From Patescibacteria group bacterium (lineage in GTDB: Bacteria > Patescibacteriota > UBA1384 > UBA12157 > JAENIV01): a stretch of 64,000 nucleotides of DNA. The DNA lies in the NCBI GenBank assembly GCA_049515915.1, contig JBEKTP010000002.1, positions 36,524 to 100,523 on the forward strand, written 5' to 3'. Numbering within the stretch: position 1 is the stretch's first letter; each line of letters starts with the position of its first letter. Below the pieces are notes generated by a model. It made no database searches and was not told the origin of the DNA. It saw only the letters and a program-made list of their open reading frames with translations. Of the stretch, positions 16,797 through 26,743 are shown piece by piece. The translations under genes were made by a program, and so were the position numbers.

Positions 16797-19700
16797 TCAT
16801 TCCTTATCGATGATATCGGAAAGCATGATTTTCTTTTCGACCGAAGCAATCAGTTTGCGAGTTTTAACGACCGAATCCGGCGAAACGGAAACCGAAGTCG
16901 CCCCTTCTTTAACCATCAGTTCGGCGATTTCCGGATAAGTCGTCGCCGCCTGACCGCAAATCGAACAAGTGATATTGTGGGCACGGCAGGCCTTAATCAC
17001 ATGGGCAATCGACAAGGTCACTGCCTCATCTCGTTCGTCAAATTCAGCCGCCATCGTTTCATTATCACGGTCAATCCCTAAAGTAAGTTGGGTCAAATCA
17101 TTTGAGCCAATCGAAATGCCATCGATGCCTTCCTCGATAAATTTATTGATTAAAATCACGTTCGAAGGAATCTCACACATCATCCAAAGTCGGAAGTCCG
17201 GGCCTTGTTTTAAACCCGAATCGGCGATCAAAGCTTTGACTTTTCTGAGCTCGTCGATAGTTCGGACAAACGGAATCATCAGCCATAAATTTTTGCTATT
17301 TTTACGGACTTTTTTAATCGCTTCCAATTCCAGCTTAAATAAATCCGGTTCTCTAATATAGCGGCTGGCGCCGCGATAACCGATCATCGGATTATTTTCA
17401 ACCGGCTCGATATCCTTGCCGCCCTCTAGGTTCCGGTATTCATTCGTTTTAAAGTCAGTCGCCCGATAGACCACCGGCCGCGGGAAAAATGCTTGGCAGG
17501 TCATCAGCAACCCTTCTTCGAGCTTACTAATATAGATGCTGGTCTTGCCTTCATTAACCAAGGCACGCGGGTGCTTGCCGATTTCAGCGATCATAAATTC
17601 CGCCCGCATCAGTCCGACGCCGTCGCAAGGCAATTTGGCCACTTTTTCGGCGGCCGAAGGCTCACCCAAATTAACATAGACTTTGGTGGCGGTGATTGGG
17701 ACCTCCTCGGCAAAACCACCCATGTCATCTTGATGGGCCGGTGCCTCTTCGCGAGAGACTTTGCCTTTATAAACCAGGCCTTTAGCGCCATCAACCGAGA
17801 CCACTTGGCCCATCGTTAAGGTATGAGTGGCGGTGCCGGAACCGACAACACAAGGAATCCCGAGCTCTCGGGAAACTATTGCTGCATGGCTTGTTTGTCC
17901 CCCGGTGTCGGTGACAATTGCCGCTGCTTTTTTCATGGCCGGTACATAGTCGGGCGAGGTCATTTCAGTAACTAAAACATCACCCTTTTTTACTTCATCA
18001 ATTTGATCGGGAGAATGAATAATTTTGACTGGCCCCGATGCCAACCCGATCGAAGCGGCTAGACCTTTCAAAATGACATTTGCTTTTGACTCTTCCTGCC
18101 CAGACTCCGGCGTTTCACCTTTTTGATTTTTAATATTTGATTTTTGATCTATCGTCGTAATCGGTCTCGACTGGACAAAATAAATATCTTTACCTTCAAT
18201 CGCCCACTCCGTATCTTGCGGAAAGTGGTAGTGATTTTCGATTTGTCTACCAAACTCGGCGACTCGTTTGATTTCTTCGTCGGAAAGTTTTTGTAATTTT
18301 TGTTCGTTTTTTAGCAAACTGACATGTTTATCGGCATTGCCCACTTTAGCAATTTTCCAAGGTTGCACATTAACTTCTTTAATTTCAATTTTCTGATCTT
18401 CTTTGTTAACAACATAACGGTCAGGAGTGACCGAACCAGAAACAATCGCTTCACCTAAACCAAATCCTGCCTCGATCACAATTTTGCTTTTATCATTGTC
18501 AACCGGATTGATCGTAAACATAATGCCAGACTTTTCAGACTGGATCATCTTTTGGATGGGAATGGCAATACCCACTTTCATATGATCAAAATTGTTAATC
18601 TTACGATAATAGATTGCCCGGGCCTCAAATAACGATGCCCACGACATTTTCACTGCTTTGACAACTTCGGTGCTCCCAGAGACATTTAAAAATGTTTTCT
18701 GCTGCCCCGCAAAAGAAGCCGAATTATGAGTAAAAATTCCGCCGAGACCAGCAGCAAAATTTTCATTTCCTGGCACAGAAAAGTCATAAACATCACCACA
18801 ATACTCAACCGGTTTAACTTCTTTAATTTCATCCCATAATACATCACGATCAAATATTCGATCAAATCCTCTAATATGGTACTGATCGAGAATTTGTTTA
18901 AATCTATTCTTGCTTAATCGTCCCGTGATCAAACCTTTATTCCAAGGAGCGGCTCCTTTTAAAAATCTTCCGGCCGCGTCATACCAAATATGGGTCTTGA
19001 TTTTTTCCTTATTCACCTGCTTTAAATAAAAAGAATGATGACATTTTTGACAATAAAATCTTAATCTGTTTTTATAACAACCCGATTTTTTTAATATAGT
19101 TTGACATTTCTGACAGCGGTAATGATACCTTTGTTCCTGTGGTAATCCTTCGATGAATTTTTGTCTGATTTGATAAGCAATTGTTTTCGAGACATCGATA
19201 TTTTCTTTAAATTCTTGATGATTACTCTTTTTCATATACTGTTCAACTAACATTTGTAATTTTTCTTTCTTATTTGGATGACTAAAGTTAACTCGCTCTT
19301 GAAAATTCTTAAAATCGGCATGAAGAATATAAATTGTTTGAGAATTATTTTTTTGCGTGAGAGAGAATCTCAAGCCTAATCTTTCAAGAAGTTTCACAAT
19401 TCCACCAATTAATAACGGGGAAGTCGAAGTATAACTTAAACTCGTATCAACCCCTCCATCTCCATCAAAACAACCTTGGAGAAACTCACCGATTAATTTT
19501 TCATTTAAGCTAAAAACAAAATCTGGTACCTTTTTAATCGAGCACGATCTTCCCTTGCCAATTTGAGCGGTCGGCTTTCCGGTTAGTTCATGAAGTAACC
19601 TGACAAGAGATTTGCAGTAAACCCTGATAGAACCTTTATTGATCTTTTGATTATGGTAGAGTCCTAATGATCGTAAAAAGTCCATAATTCTTCGCCGAAT

Positions 19701-20669
19701 AATAAGATTACTGCTCGTGACAACAACACAATTATTCTTATAAGTACATCCTTCAGCAACATAAATACCCAGAAAATAAAGCAGATCACCATTAATGATG
19801 ATTCGATTGGAGAGTGAATGCTGAATGCTCCAATTCATTGATTGATTGGTAATTTGAAGATAACCCGCTTTTTCAACGACATCGGCCCCTTGAACATAAT
19901 CCTTCACAACAAGATATTTTTGTTCTGCTCCTAGATTAGGGAGTTTTTTAATACAAGGTACCCGGCCATCTCTAATATTTTCGACAGCAATAGTCTTGGG
20001 CAACAAAGTCTCATTATCTAAAATAAGAGCTGAATGATTAGAACTAATCGTAATTTCTCGGCCAGTAGCGGTTTTTATTTTATAAAGTTTTTTATTGTTA
20101 ACGGGATGACGATAAAAATTGCTCACTTTCTTCCAAGTAATTCGACCATCTTTCATTGAGGGAATTCGAACCTTGCAAGCTAGATTTCCATCACTATCGA
20201 CCGTTCGACGATAGATATCTTTTATGGGTGAAAAAACCACCCGATCATTGATTTTGGCTATAATCTGCTCGTCTTCAGACACACTCGGTAGATCTTCAGC
20301 CGTGGCTGAAGATCTCACGGCTACAAAAATACTTGAGGCCTGAGTTGTGTAGAGCTTTTTATAAGCGGCGCTAATTTCGCTTTCTAAAGATTTTGGCATC
20401 GGCTCAGAAAGAATTTCTTTTTGGATATTGCTAGCCGTTTTATTTAACTCTTTCGAATTATTGACATCAAGATTTTTTAAAAGTTTATTAATGGTGATAT
20501 CCAAATTAGTGCTTTTGAGAAAATTAAAGTAAGCGGTGGAAGTAACAATAAAACCCGGCGGCACGGGCAAGCCCGCTCGGGTAAGTTCGCCTAAATTCGC
20601 GCCCTTACCGCCGACCAAACCAACGTCACCCTTGCCGACTTCCTTAAACCAAACAATATTTTTCGTCAA
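16797..20669 (-). CDS. ppsA: phosphoenolpyruvate synthase (pyruvate, water dikinase) interrupted by an intein
   Basis: N-terminal PEP/pyruvate-binding domain; phospho-His GGQTSHAAIVSRELGIPCVVG; C-terminal PEP-utilising domain; the VRSSATAEDLP / SASFAGQQ motif is split by ~521 aa. Confidence 0.85.
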   Translation of the reverse strand: MTKNIVWFKEVGKGDVGLVGGKGANLGELTRAGLPVPPGFIVTSTAYFNFLKSTNLDITINKLLKNLDVNNSKELNKTASNIQKEILSEPMPKSLESEISAAYKKLYTTQASSIFVAVRSSATAEDLPSVSEDEQIIAKINDRVVFSPIKDIYRRTVDSDGNLACKVRIPSMKDGRITWKKVSNFYRHPVNNKKLYKIKTATGREITISSNHSALILDNETLLPKTIAVENIRDGRVPCIKKLPNLGAEQKYLVVKDYVQGADVVEKAGYLQITNQSMNWSIQHSLSNRIIINGDLLYFLGIYVAEGCTYKNNCVVVTSSNLIIRRRIMDFLRSLGLYHNQKINKGSIRVYCKSLVRLLHELTGKPTAQIGKGRSCSIKKVPDFVFSLNEKLIGEFLQGCFDGDGGVDTSLSYTSTSPLLIGGIVKLLERLGLRFSLTQKNNSQTIYILHADFKNFQERVNFSHPNKKEKLQMLVEQYMKKSNHQEFKENIDVSKTIAYQIRQKFIEGLPQEQRYHYRCQKCQTILKKSGCYKNRLRFYCQKCHHSFYLKQVNKEKIKTHIWYDAAGRFLKGAAPWNKGLITGRLSKNRFKQILDQYHIRGFDRIFDRDVLWDEIKEVKPVEYCGDVYDFSVPGNENFAAGLGGIFTHNSASFAGQQKTFLNVSGSTEVVKAVKMSWASLFEARAIYYRKINNFDHMKVGIAIPIQKMIQSEKSGIMFTINPVDNDKSKIVIEAGFGLGEAIVSGSVTPDRYVVNKEDQKIEIKEVNVQPWKIAKVGNADKHVSLLKNEQKLQKLSDEEIKRVAEFGRQIENHYHFPQDTEWAIEGKDIYFVQSRPITTIDQKSNIKNQKGETPESGQEESKANVILKGLAASIGLASGPVKIIHSPDQIDEVKKGDVLVTEMTSPDYVPAMKKAAAIVTDTGGQTSHAAIVSRELGIPCVVGSGTATHTLTMGQVVSVDGAKGLVYKGKVSREEAPAHQDDMGGFAEEVPITATKVYVNLGEPSAAEKVAKLPCDGVGLMRAEFMIAEIGKHPRALVNEGKTSIYISKLEEGLLMTCQAFFPRPVVYRATDFKTNEYRNLEGGKDIEPVENNPMIGYRGASRYIREPDLFKLELEAIKKVRKNSKNLWLMIPFVRTIDELRKVKALIADSGLKQGPDFRLWMMCEIPSNVILINKFIEEGIDGISIGSNDLTQLTLGIDRDNETMAAEFDERDEAVTLSIAHVIKACRAHNITCSICGQAATTYPEIAELMVKEGATSVSVSPDSVVKTRKLIASVEKKIMLSDIIDKE
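18723..20285 (-). mobile_element. intein (~521 aa) with LAGLIDADG homing endonuclease and C4 zinc ribbon, inserted in ppsA
   Basis: Begins SVSEDEQ... just after AEDLP and ends ...GIFTHN with Ser at +1; block B TISSNH; LAGLIDADG-like LGIYVAEG and GCFDGDGG; C-terminal VYDFSV...IFTHN; CQKC..CQKC ribbon. Confidence 0.8.
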
Positions 20670-20791
20670 AGCCCCTCCCCTAGAATTTTCAAATCTTAAT
20701 TCTCACTTAATGTTCCAATTTTCAAACTTTAACTAATTGATTCATCAAAAAAATAAATGAAAAATGTAAATTATAAACTGATAATTGGAAC

Positions 20792-21211
20792 TTATCTCTT
20801 CAATATTTTGTATATTACGCCTGTCGAAAATCCTCTTCGCGATAAGAATGCCGCCTGATGATTAAAATCTGCCTTACAATATCGCCCTTTTGATTCTATC
20901 GCCTTCCTTGCCAGCTCTTCTTCGTTTTGATCGCCCAAAGCCGCTTCAATATCACTTTCCGATATCCCAAGTTTTTTTAATTCCAACTTCAAAAGATATG
21001 AACCGGAAGGTTTGAGTAGGTTTCTGTCCCTTACCCACATTTTAGCAAATTCGGCATCATCTAACAATTTATTCCGTTTGAGAACCGTGATAACTTTCTC
21101 AATTTCGCTATCGGATATCTTTTTGGTTCTCAGCTTTTGCCCGATTTCAAAAGTAGTCCGTGGTCGAAATTTTAAAAAGTGGAGAGCGATTTGAAGAGGA
21201 TCTTTTCCCAT
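20792..21211 (-). CDS. recX: RecX-family recombination regulator
   Basis: 139-aa three-repeat helical protein of RecX type, placed near recA. Confidence 0.55.
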   Translation of the reverse strand: MGKDPLQIALHFLKFRPRTTFEIGQKLRTKKISDSEIEKVITVLKRNKLLDDAEFAKMWVRDRNLLKPSGSYLLKLELKKLGISESDIEAALGDQNEEELARKAIESKGRYCKADFNHQAAFLSRRGFSTGVIYKILKR

Positions 21212-21276
21212 AACAATATTTTAAAGCTCAAAATCCAAAGGTCAAATTTTTTGACATTTGTCATTCGGATTTTCGG

Positions 21277-21993
21277 TCACTCTATTTTCTCTAACTTAGC
21301 TTGGAAAACCAAACGTTTCCAATCTGTATACGGTGGGTCGCAGGTATAAAAGGTCAACATCCAGTCATCAACATTTTGAAATAAGCTAGTGTCAGTCGGC
21401 GAAACTGTCTGGCTCTTAAAAACCTGATAATCATAGTTTTTACCTTCGTAATTAATTGTCACCATATCGCCAACGGATACATCGCGCAGTTTAAAAAAAA
21501 CCTTAGCGTAAGGATTATTGGGATTTAAATCGGTGTTATGGCCCGCTAAAACGACATTACCTTTTTGATTTGGCCAAACCGAGTCGGGATGATGACCGAT
21601 TCCTTTGGAAAGTGAATCCTCGCCGATGCCTTCAATAATCGGTGCGTTGATTTCAATTTTGGAATTTTTTAAATAAAAAGTGGCCACGCCGGCAATGGGC
21701 GAGGGAGATACCGAGAGCGTGGGCGAGGGCAAGCTCTCGCCTAAAATTTGAGAACCGTTTTGGTGATTGATAGCACTTTTAATCCAATAATTGAGCCATG
21801 GTTCGGCGATAATGACAAAAACGGTGACAATCCAGAAGGTTAAAACAATTTGAGCGACGCGATAAAAATAGTAGACGTTCGAGTTCGGAGACGCTTTTCG
21901 GCTCTTTTTGAGAATTGACTCAACTTCTTTCAAATCGAGAACATTATTAGGATTTGATTTATCCGGCCGGCCAATTGTATCAAATGATTTCAT
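21277..21993 (-). CDS. sortase (transpeptidase)
   Basis: N-terminal TM anchor; catalytic His in VVLAGHNT, Cys in LTFYTCDP, Arg in WKRLV. Confidence 0.75.
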   Translation of the reverse strand: MKSFDTIGRPDKSNPNNVLDLKEVESILKKSRKASPNSNVYYFYRVAQIVLTFWIVTVFVIIAEPWLNYWIKSAINHQNGSQILGESLPSPTLSVSPSPIAGVATFYLKNSKIEINAPIIEGIGEDSLSKGIGHHPDSVWPNQKGNVVLAGHNTDLNPNNPYAKVFFKLRDVSVGDMVTINYEGKNYDYQVFKSQTVSPTDTSLFQNVDDWMLTFYTCDPPYTDWKRLVFQAKLEKIE

Positions 21994-22002
21994 AATAAAT
22001 AT

Positions 22003-22100
22003 AAAATTTAAATCTCAAATCTCAAAATTACAATCTAAAGTTTAAAATTTTAGATTTTACACTGTCATTTTGCATTTTGAGATTTACATTTTGAGATTCG
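22003..22100 (-). terminator. long AT-rich palindromic element (AATCTCAAAAT...ATTTTGAGATT) between the SLH-protein gene and sortase; probable terminator or operator
   Basis: Nested inverted repeats aatctcaaa/tttgagatt and aatctaaa/tttagatt, followed on the minus strand by a T-rich run. Confidence 0.35.
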
Positions 22101-22102
22101 AC

Positions 22103-23581
22103 TTATCTGATTCTTTTTCCCAGCCAGTATCGGAGTCCGAATAATCCTGAGAGAATCCCGGCGCCCGCCAACGGGATTTCGGCGCCGGTTTTGGCACTAT
22201 TCGTCGTTGTGCCTGATCCTGTTCCGGTATTGCCGGAATTGGTATTGGTCGTCGGAGAAAGAGTGGGTGAAGTCACGCTGGGCGAGGTGGTAGAGGTATT
22301 GATAAAAGCGTTATAGATAAAAGCCGCTAAAACCGCGCGGGTGATTTGCTGGCTGGGACAATAGAGCAGCCCTCCGGAGCTATCGGTGCCGCAACCTTTA
22401 GTGTAGCCGGCCTGATAGATAGCATTGATTTCGGCATAGCCGAAATCGCCCGGCTTGACGTCGCTGAAAACCTGAGTGCCGGTGCTATTTAAAGGCAAGT
22501 TTTTGGCCCGGGCGATGACCACGGCCGCCGTCGCGCGATTAGCAATTGCATCATTGCCGCTGGTCGCCACATCGGGGCGAAAAGTGCCGTCGCCGAAACC
22601 TTGCATTATGCCCGCCTTATTTAGGCCCTCAATTTCTTGATAAGCCCAATAGCCAATCGGCACATCGGAAAAAGTCGGGGTCGGATTATTGAAAAGGTTA
22701 TTCGTCGCTCGTCCGATCGCCACGGCCACCATCGCTCGATCGGCCAAATCATCTGGTTTAAATTCCAAGGGGTAACCGATCATATAGCCTTGAGCATTGT
22801 CGTATTCGATATATTTATAAGCGACATTGGTCACCGCCACGTCGTCAAAGGTCGGCGTGGCCGGCCCGGCCGGCACCGCCGCATCAGAGCCGGCTTTGGC
22901 TAGGGCAATGGTAACCGCCAAGTCAGCCCGGGTCGCCGCTTGATCGGGCTTAAAGGTGCCATCGGGATAACCGGTCATTAAGCCGTGCTGGGTGGCATAA
23001 TAAATGTAGTTGAAAGCTACATTGGTGGTGGTCACATCCGAAAAAGGTGAGGTGACATTGCCTGGATTGGGAACACTCGTCTTACCGCCGGCCACCGCAC
23101 TGGCAATAAAAATAGCTAAATCCGAACGCGTCGCCGCTTGATCGGGCTTAAAGGTGCCATCGGGATAACCGTCCAACCATCCCGCCGCCTTTAATCCCTC
23201 AATATATTGATAAGCCCAATAGGTAGTGGGGACGTCGGAAAATGTCGGGGCCGTCGGGTTGGCCGTTTTGCCGTAGGCCTTGCCGATAGCCGTCGCCACA
23301 TCGGCGCGAGTAGCATTTTGGTCGGGTTTAAATTCATGATAACCGATCATCCAGCCTTTTTGGTTAACGGCTTCAATCTGATTGAAAGCCCAGTATTGGC
23401 CTTGATAATTATTATTAGGATCGCCCATCGGGACGTCAGAAAAAGTTTGAGTCAGCGTGGTGGCAGGCGTTGCCGCTTTTGGTTTGATTTGACCGTTTTT
23501 ATAATTCCACCAGAAAAAAATCCCGGCGGCTAAAACAACGACGACCAGAATTGAAAGATATATCCAAGTTTTTTGACTCAT
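22103..23581 (-). CDS. cell-surface protein with six SLH (S-layer homology) repeats, S/T-rich stalk and C-terminal hydrophobic/basic sorting-like tail
   Basis: Six copies of FSDVP..WAY.YIEGL..AGI..GYPDGTFKPD...TRAD.A; N-terminal signal anchor; C-terminus ...EIPLAGAGILSGLFGLRYWLGKRIR. Confidence 0.65.
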   Translation of the reverse strand: MSQKTWIYLSILVVVVLAAGIFFWWNYKNGQIKPKAATPATTLTQTFSDVPMGDPNNNYQGQYWAFNQIEAVNQKGWMIGYHEFKPDQNATRADVATAIGKAYGKTANPTAPTFSDVPTTYWAYQYIEGLKAAGWLDGYPDGTFKPDQAATRSDLAIFIASAVAGGKTSVPNPGNVTSPFSDVTTTNVAFNYIYYATQHGLMTGYPDGTFKPDQAATRADLAVTIALAKAGSDAAVPAGPATPTFDDVAVTNVAYKYIEYDNAQGYMIGYPLEFKPDDLADRAMVAVAIGRATNNLFNNPTPTFSDVPIGYWAYQEIEGLNKAGIMQGFGDGTFRPDVATSGNDAIANRATAAVVIARAKNLPLNSTGTQVFSDVKPGDFGYAEINAIYQAGYTKGCGTDSSGGLLYCPSQQITRAVLAAFIYNAFINTSTTSPSVTSPTLSPTTNTNSGNTGTGSGTTTNSAKTGAEIPLAGAGILSGLFGLRYWLGKRIR

Positions 23582-23707
23582 CGGCCCCTCCTCAAAGGCG
23601 CGCCCAACATCGAAACTTGGCGCAATAAATAAATGCTACTTACATCATAAAAAAGTATTCGATAGATGTCAAATAAAATGCAAAAAATAAAGATTAAAGC
23701 TTAAAAT

Positions 23708-24766
23708 TTATTTTTCAGACTGTTTTCTAATTATCTCTTCTATTTCCTTGGCAATCTTGGGATTTTCAGCCAAGAACTGTTTGGCTCCCTCGCGGCCCTG
23801 GCCCAACTTTTCTTGACCAAATTGATACCAGGCGCCGGTTTTAGAAATGACGTCTAGTTTCGTTCCTAAATCCAAAATATCGCCTTCTTTCGAGATACCA
23901 TGGCCAAACATCAAGTCAAACTCAGCTACTTTAAACGGCGGCGCCACCTTATTTTTGACGACTTTAACTTTCAACCGATTGCCGATGGGATTGTCGCCTT
24001 CTTTGATTTGCTCAATCCGACGAATATCCAACCTTATAGTCGCATAAAATTTCAACGCCATACCGCCGGTCGTCGTTTCCGGATTGCCAAACATGACGCC
24101 GATTTTCATTCTTAATTGATTGATAAAAATGATGACCGCCTTTGAGCGCGAAATGGCGCCGGTCAGTTTCCGGAGCGCTTGAGACATCAACCGTGCCTGC
24201 ATTCCCATCATGGCATCCCCCATCTCACCCTCGATTTCCGCCCGCGGCACCAACGCGGCCACCGAGTCAATGACAATAATATCAACGGCGTTGGAACGTA
24301 CAAGCGTTTCAGCGATCTCCAGTGCCTGTTCGCCCGTGTCCGGTTGGGAAATTAAAAGATCCTCAACATTAATGCCAATGTTTTTGGCATATTCCGGATC
24401 AAAAGCGTGCTCGGCATCAATAAAGGCAGCAATGCCTCCTTTTTTTTGAGCTTCCGCAATAGCATGAAGAGCCACCGTCGTCTTGCCCACCGATTCAGGA
24501 CCGAAAACTTCAATAATACGGCCGCGCGGTAAACCTCCCACCCCCAAAGCCAAATCCATCGAAAGCGAACCAGTTGAAATGACATCCAAAATCAAACTTT
24601 TTTTCTCACCGAATTTCATAATGGCTCCGGAACCAAACTGGCGTTCAATTTGATTTAAAGCCATCTCAAGAGCTTCTTCCCTACCTTTATCCATCGTGCG
24701 CCCGCCAGGCAGAGCCCCAGTGGATCTGCCTCCCGAGCGGTGCCCCTTTTCATCTTTTGAAGCCAT
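23708..24766 (-). CDS. recA: recombinase RecA
   Basis: GPESVGKTT Walker A and L1/L2 loop motifs; the probable start is the ATG at 24694 ([21 protein letters not shown]), but the upstream in-frame 24-aa extension is kept in the ORF. Confidence 0.9.
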   Translation of the reverse strand: MASKDEKGHRSGGRSTGALPGGRTMDKGREEALEMALNQIERQFGSGAIMKFGEKKSLILDVISTGSLSMDLALGVGGLPRGRIIEVFGPESVGKTTVALHAIAEAQKKGGIAAFIDAEHAFDPEYAKNIGINVEDLLISQPDTGEQALEIAETLVRSNAVDIIVIDSVAALVPRAEIEGEMGDAMMGMQARLMSQALRKLTGAISRSKAVIIFINQLRMKIGVMFGNPETTTGGMALKFYATIRLDIRRIEQIKEGDNPIGNRLKVKVVKNKVAPPFKVAEFDLMFGHGISKEGDILDLGTKLDVISKTGAWYQFGQEKLGQGREGAKQFLAENPKIAKEIEEIIRKQSEK

Positions 24767-24847
24767 TATTGCCTTTCAATCCCCCAAAATTAGATTACTG
24801 ATTTCAGGTTATAGGTCTCAGCCAGAAAAATAAAACTGACACCTTTT

Positions 24848-25549
24848 TCAAAATTCGGCCAAAACTTGAATCACTTTGTCCGATTCTTTTTTGACACGGT
24901 TGGTGGAGGAAACTTCAATATTATTGATGCCCGGCTCAAGGCGAACCATTTGTTTAAAGTTGCCTAAATTATCAATATAAACCGTTTGATCGTTAATTCT
25001 TAGACTGCAACCGATATCAGTTTTGCCATCGACTTCCACACTATCCTGCCGCACGACCGTCTGGGTTGACGGAGCGCTAATTTCAAGATTAGGGGGCGCC
25101 AGAAAATGGCGAATCGAATAAAAAATATAGCCGCCCAGAACCACTAACAATAAAACGCCGCCCAGAATCGCCAAAACACGCGGGGTTAAAAAAAACCTTT
25201 CACTTTTAATCCGGGCTTTAATCGGCAGAACTTGTTCACCCGCCGATCCCTTTTCCCGACGGTATTCCAATAAAATTTCGTCCTTAGGTAAATCCAAAAG
25301 GTCAGCGTATTTAGAAAGAAATCCTAAAGCATAGACATCGGCTGGCAACGCCAAATAGTCACCAATCTCGAAGGCTTGCAAATATTTCAGCCTGACTTTG
25401 GTTTCTTCTTCCGCCTGCTCTAAAGTCAGTTTTTTCTTTTTTCGAGCCGCTTTGAGGCGTTTCCCTAAAGTCTTGTCAAGACGTAATTTTTTACGAAAAA
25501 AAATCTGAGCCACGCTCTCATTGTTAAGCGGGAATACCAAGACTGTCAA
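24848..25549 (-). CDS. rodZ: RodZ-like cytoskeleton protein (XRE-type HTH, TM helix, extracellular DUF4115-like domain)
   Basis: N-terminal HTH LGKRLKAARKKKKLTLEQAEEETKVRLKYLQAFE, single TM, C-terminal beta domain. Confidence 0.55.
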   Translation of the reverse strand: MTVLVFPLNNESVAQIFFRKKLRLDKTLGKRLKAARKKKKLTLEQAEEETKVRLKYLQAFEIGDYLALPADVYALGFLSKYADLLDLPKDEILLEYRREKGSAGEQVLPIKARIKSERFFLTPRVLAILGGVLLLVVLGGYIFYSIRHFLAPPNLEISAPSTQTVVRQDSVEVDGKTDIGCSLRINDQTVYIDNLGNFKQMVRLEPGINNIEVSSTNRVKKESDKVIQVLAEF

Positions 25550-25580
25550 GCCGTGGACGAACGTTCTCCCTCAGTCAGTT

Positions 25581-26174
25581 TCAAATTAAGTGAAGAGTTC
25601 TGAGAAAAGTAAGATAAAAATTAAAGTTATTTAAGATGCCGACAAGAATGGTTGCAATAATTAAGAATGGAATTAAATTGAGACGGATTGATTTATGAGC
25701 AAAAGCCACAATAATAATTTGAATCAAAATCATTAAAAGCAAAGCACCGATAAGGACGATCAAAACATCCGGATAGCCGGCCACCAAGGTAGTCGCGAAA
25801 ACAACCCAAAGGTCAGATTTTTTAAATAACGGCCTTTTGAACAATTTATAAACGATAACAGCCACGACGGTAAAAGAAACGGCAACTAAAACATAAACCA
25901 AAAAGGTTTGAGCAATATACCACAGGTTGCTCTTTAGAAAACTCGGCGTTTTAAGAAGGTATGGCCCGAACGTTGAGTGCTTAGTAACCCAATAAAAAAT
26001 GAACATTTTGGCGAGCATTTGAAAAGCAAAAATGCCAAAGACTAAAAAAGTAGCTCTTCGAGCAGTTTTAAGACCAATACCCTTCTTAAAAAACTCCAGC
26101 CAAAGAAGCCATAAAAACGTTAAAATTGCGATGATAAACGGTACCCAAAAAACGACTCGGTAAAGCCAAATCAA
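25581..26174 (-). CDS. polytopic membrane protein with only two Asp residues; possible minimal prepilin peptidase (A24-like)
   Basis: Six to seven TM helices; Asp only in KKSDLW and GYPDV; adjacent to a pilin-like gene; assignment is inference. Confidence 0.3.
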   Translation of the reverse strand: MIWLYRVVFWVPFIIAILTFLWLLWLEFFKKGIGLKTARRATFLVFGIFAFQMLAKMFIFYWVTKHSTFGPYLLKTPSFLKSNLWYIAQTFLVYVLVAVSFTVVAVIVYKLFKRPLFKKSDLWVVFATTLVAGYPDVLIVLIGALLLMILIQIIIVAFAHKSIRLNLIPFLIIATILVGILNNFNFYLTFLRTLHLI

Positions 26175-26183
26175 TTTAATCCC

Positions 26184-26705
26184 CTACGGTAAAATTGTTA
26201 AATTTGTTCCATATTCATAAAGAGAAGAATTATTGCCGCCGTCAGACGATTCTTTGGTTATATAATCAGAACTTTCGAAGGCGCAATCAAGCTCGTAGGT
26301 TTTTGTTTTAGGATCAACGCCAAAACGATAATAAAGATTTTTCGACTTATTGTTAGTGGGGTCAACGGGCAGTGATGAGAGCGGTGAGCCAGAGGAGACG
26401 AGATTAAAATCAATCGGAATCCAACCGGTCCCGTTTATCTTTTCTCTGGTCGAGCTAGTGCCTTGCGTCGAATCGTAAATCACCCCGGCGCTTAAGCCGT
26501 TAAAGTTATGATTATCGGCTAAATATAAATTAATGGCCGAACCAATAGAAGTGAGATCCAAAATTCTTTGGGAATCGCGTGATTTTTCGGCAATCTGAGC
26601 CGGTTTAACCACTAAAATGATAATGACGAGCGCCACTGCGATGATAGCCACAGCTATTATCAACTCCAGCCAAGCGACGCCTCGAGCCTTTGGCCCTTCG
26701 GCCAT
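26184..26705 (-). CDS. type IV pilin-like (pseudopilin) protein
   Basis: Class III signal ...ARG|VAWLELIIAVAIIAVALVI with Glu at +5 and an N-terminal hydrophobic helix. Confidence 0.55.
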   Translation of the reverse strand: MAEGPKARGVAWLELIIAVAIIAVALVIIILVVKPAQIAEKSRDSQRILDLTSIGSAINLYLADNHNFNGLSAGVIYDSTQGTSSTREKINGTGWIPIDFNLVSSGSPLSSLPVDPTNNKSKNLYYRFGVDPKTKTYELDCAFESSDYITKESSDGGNNSSLYEYGTNLTILP

Positions 26706-26743
26706 ACCGTCTCCTTTTTCATAACAATCTTACTAACACTAAC

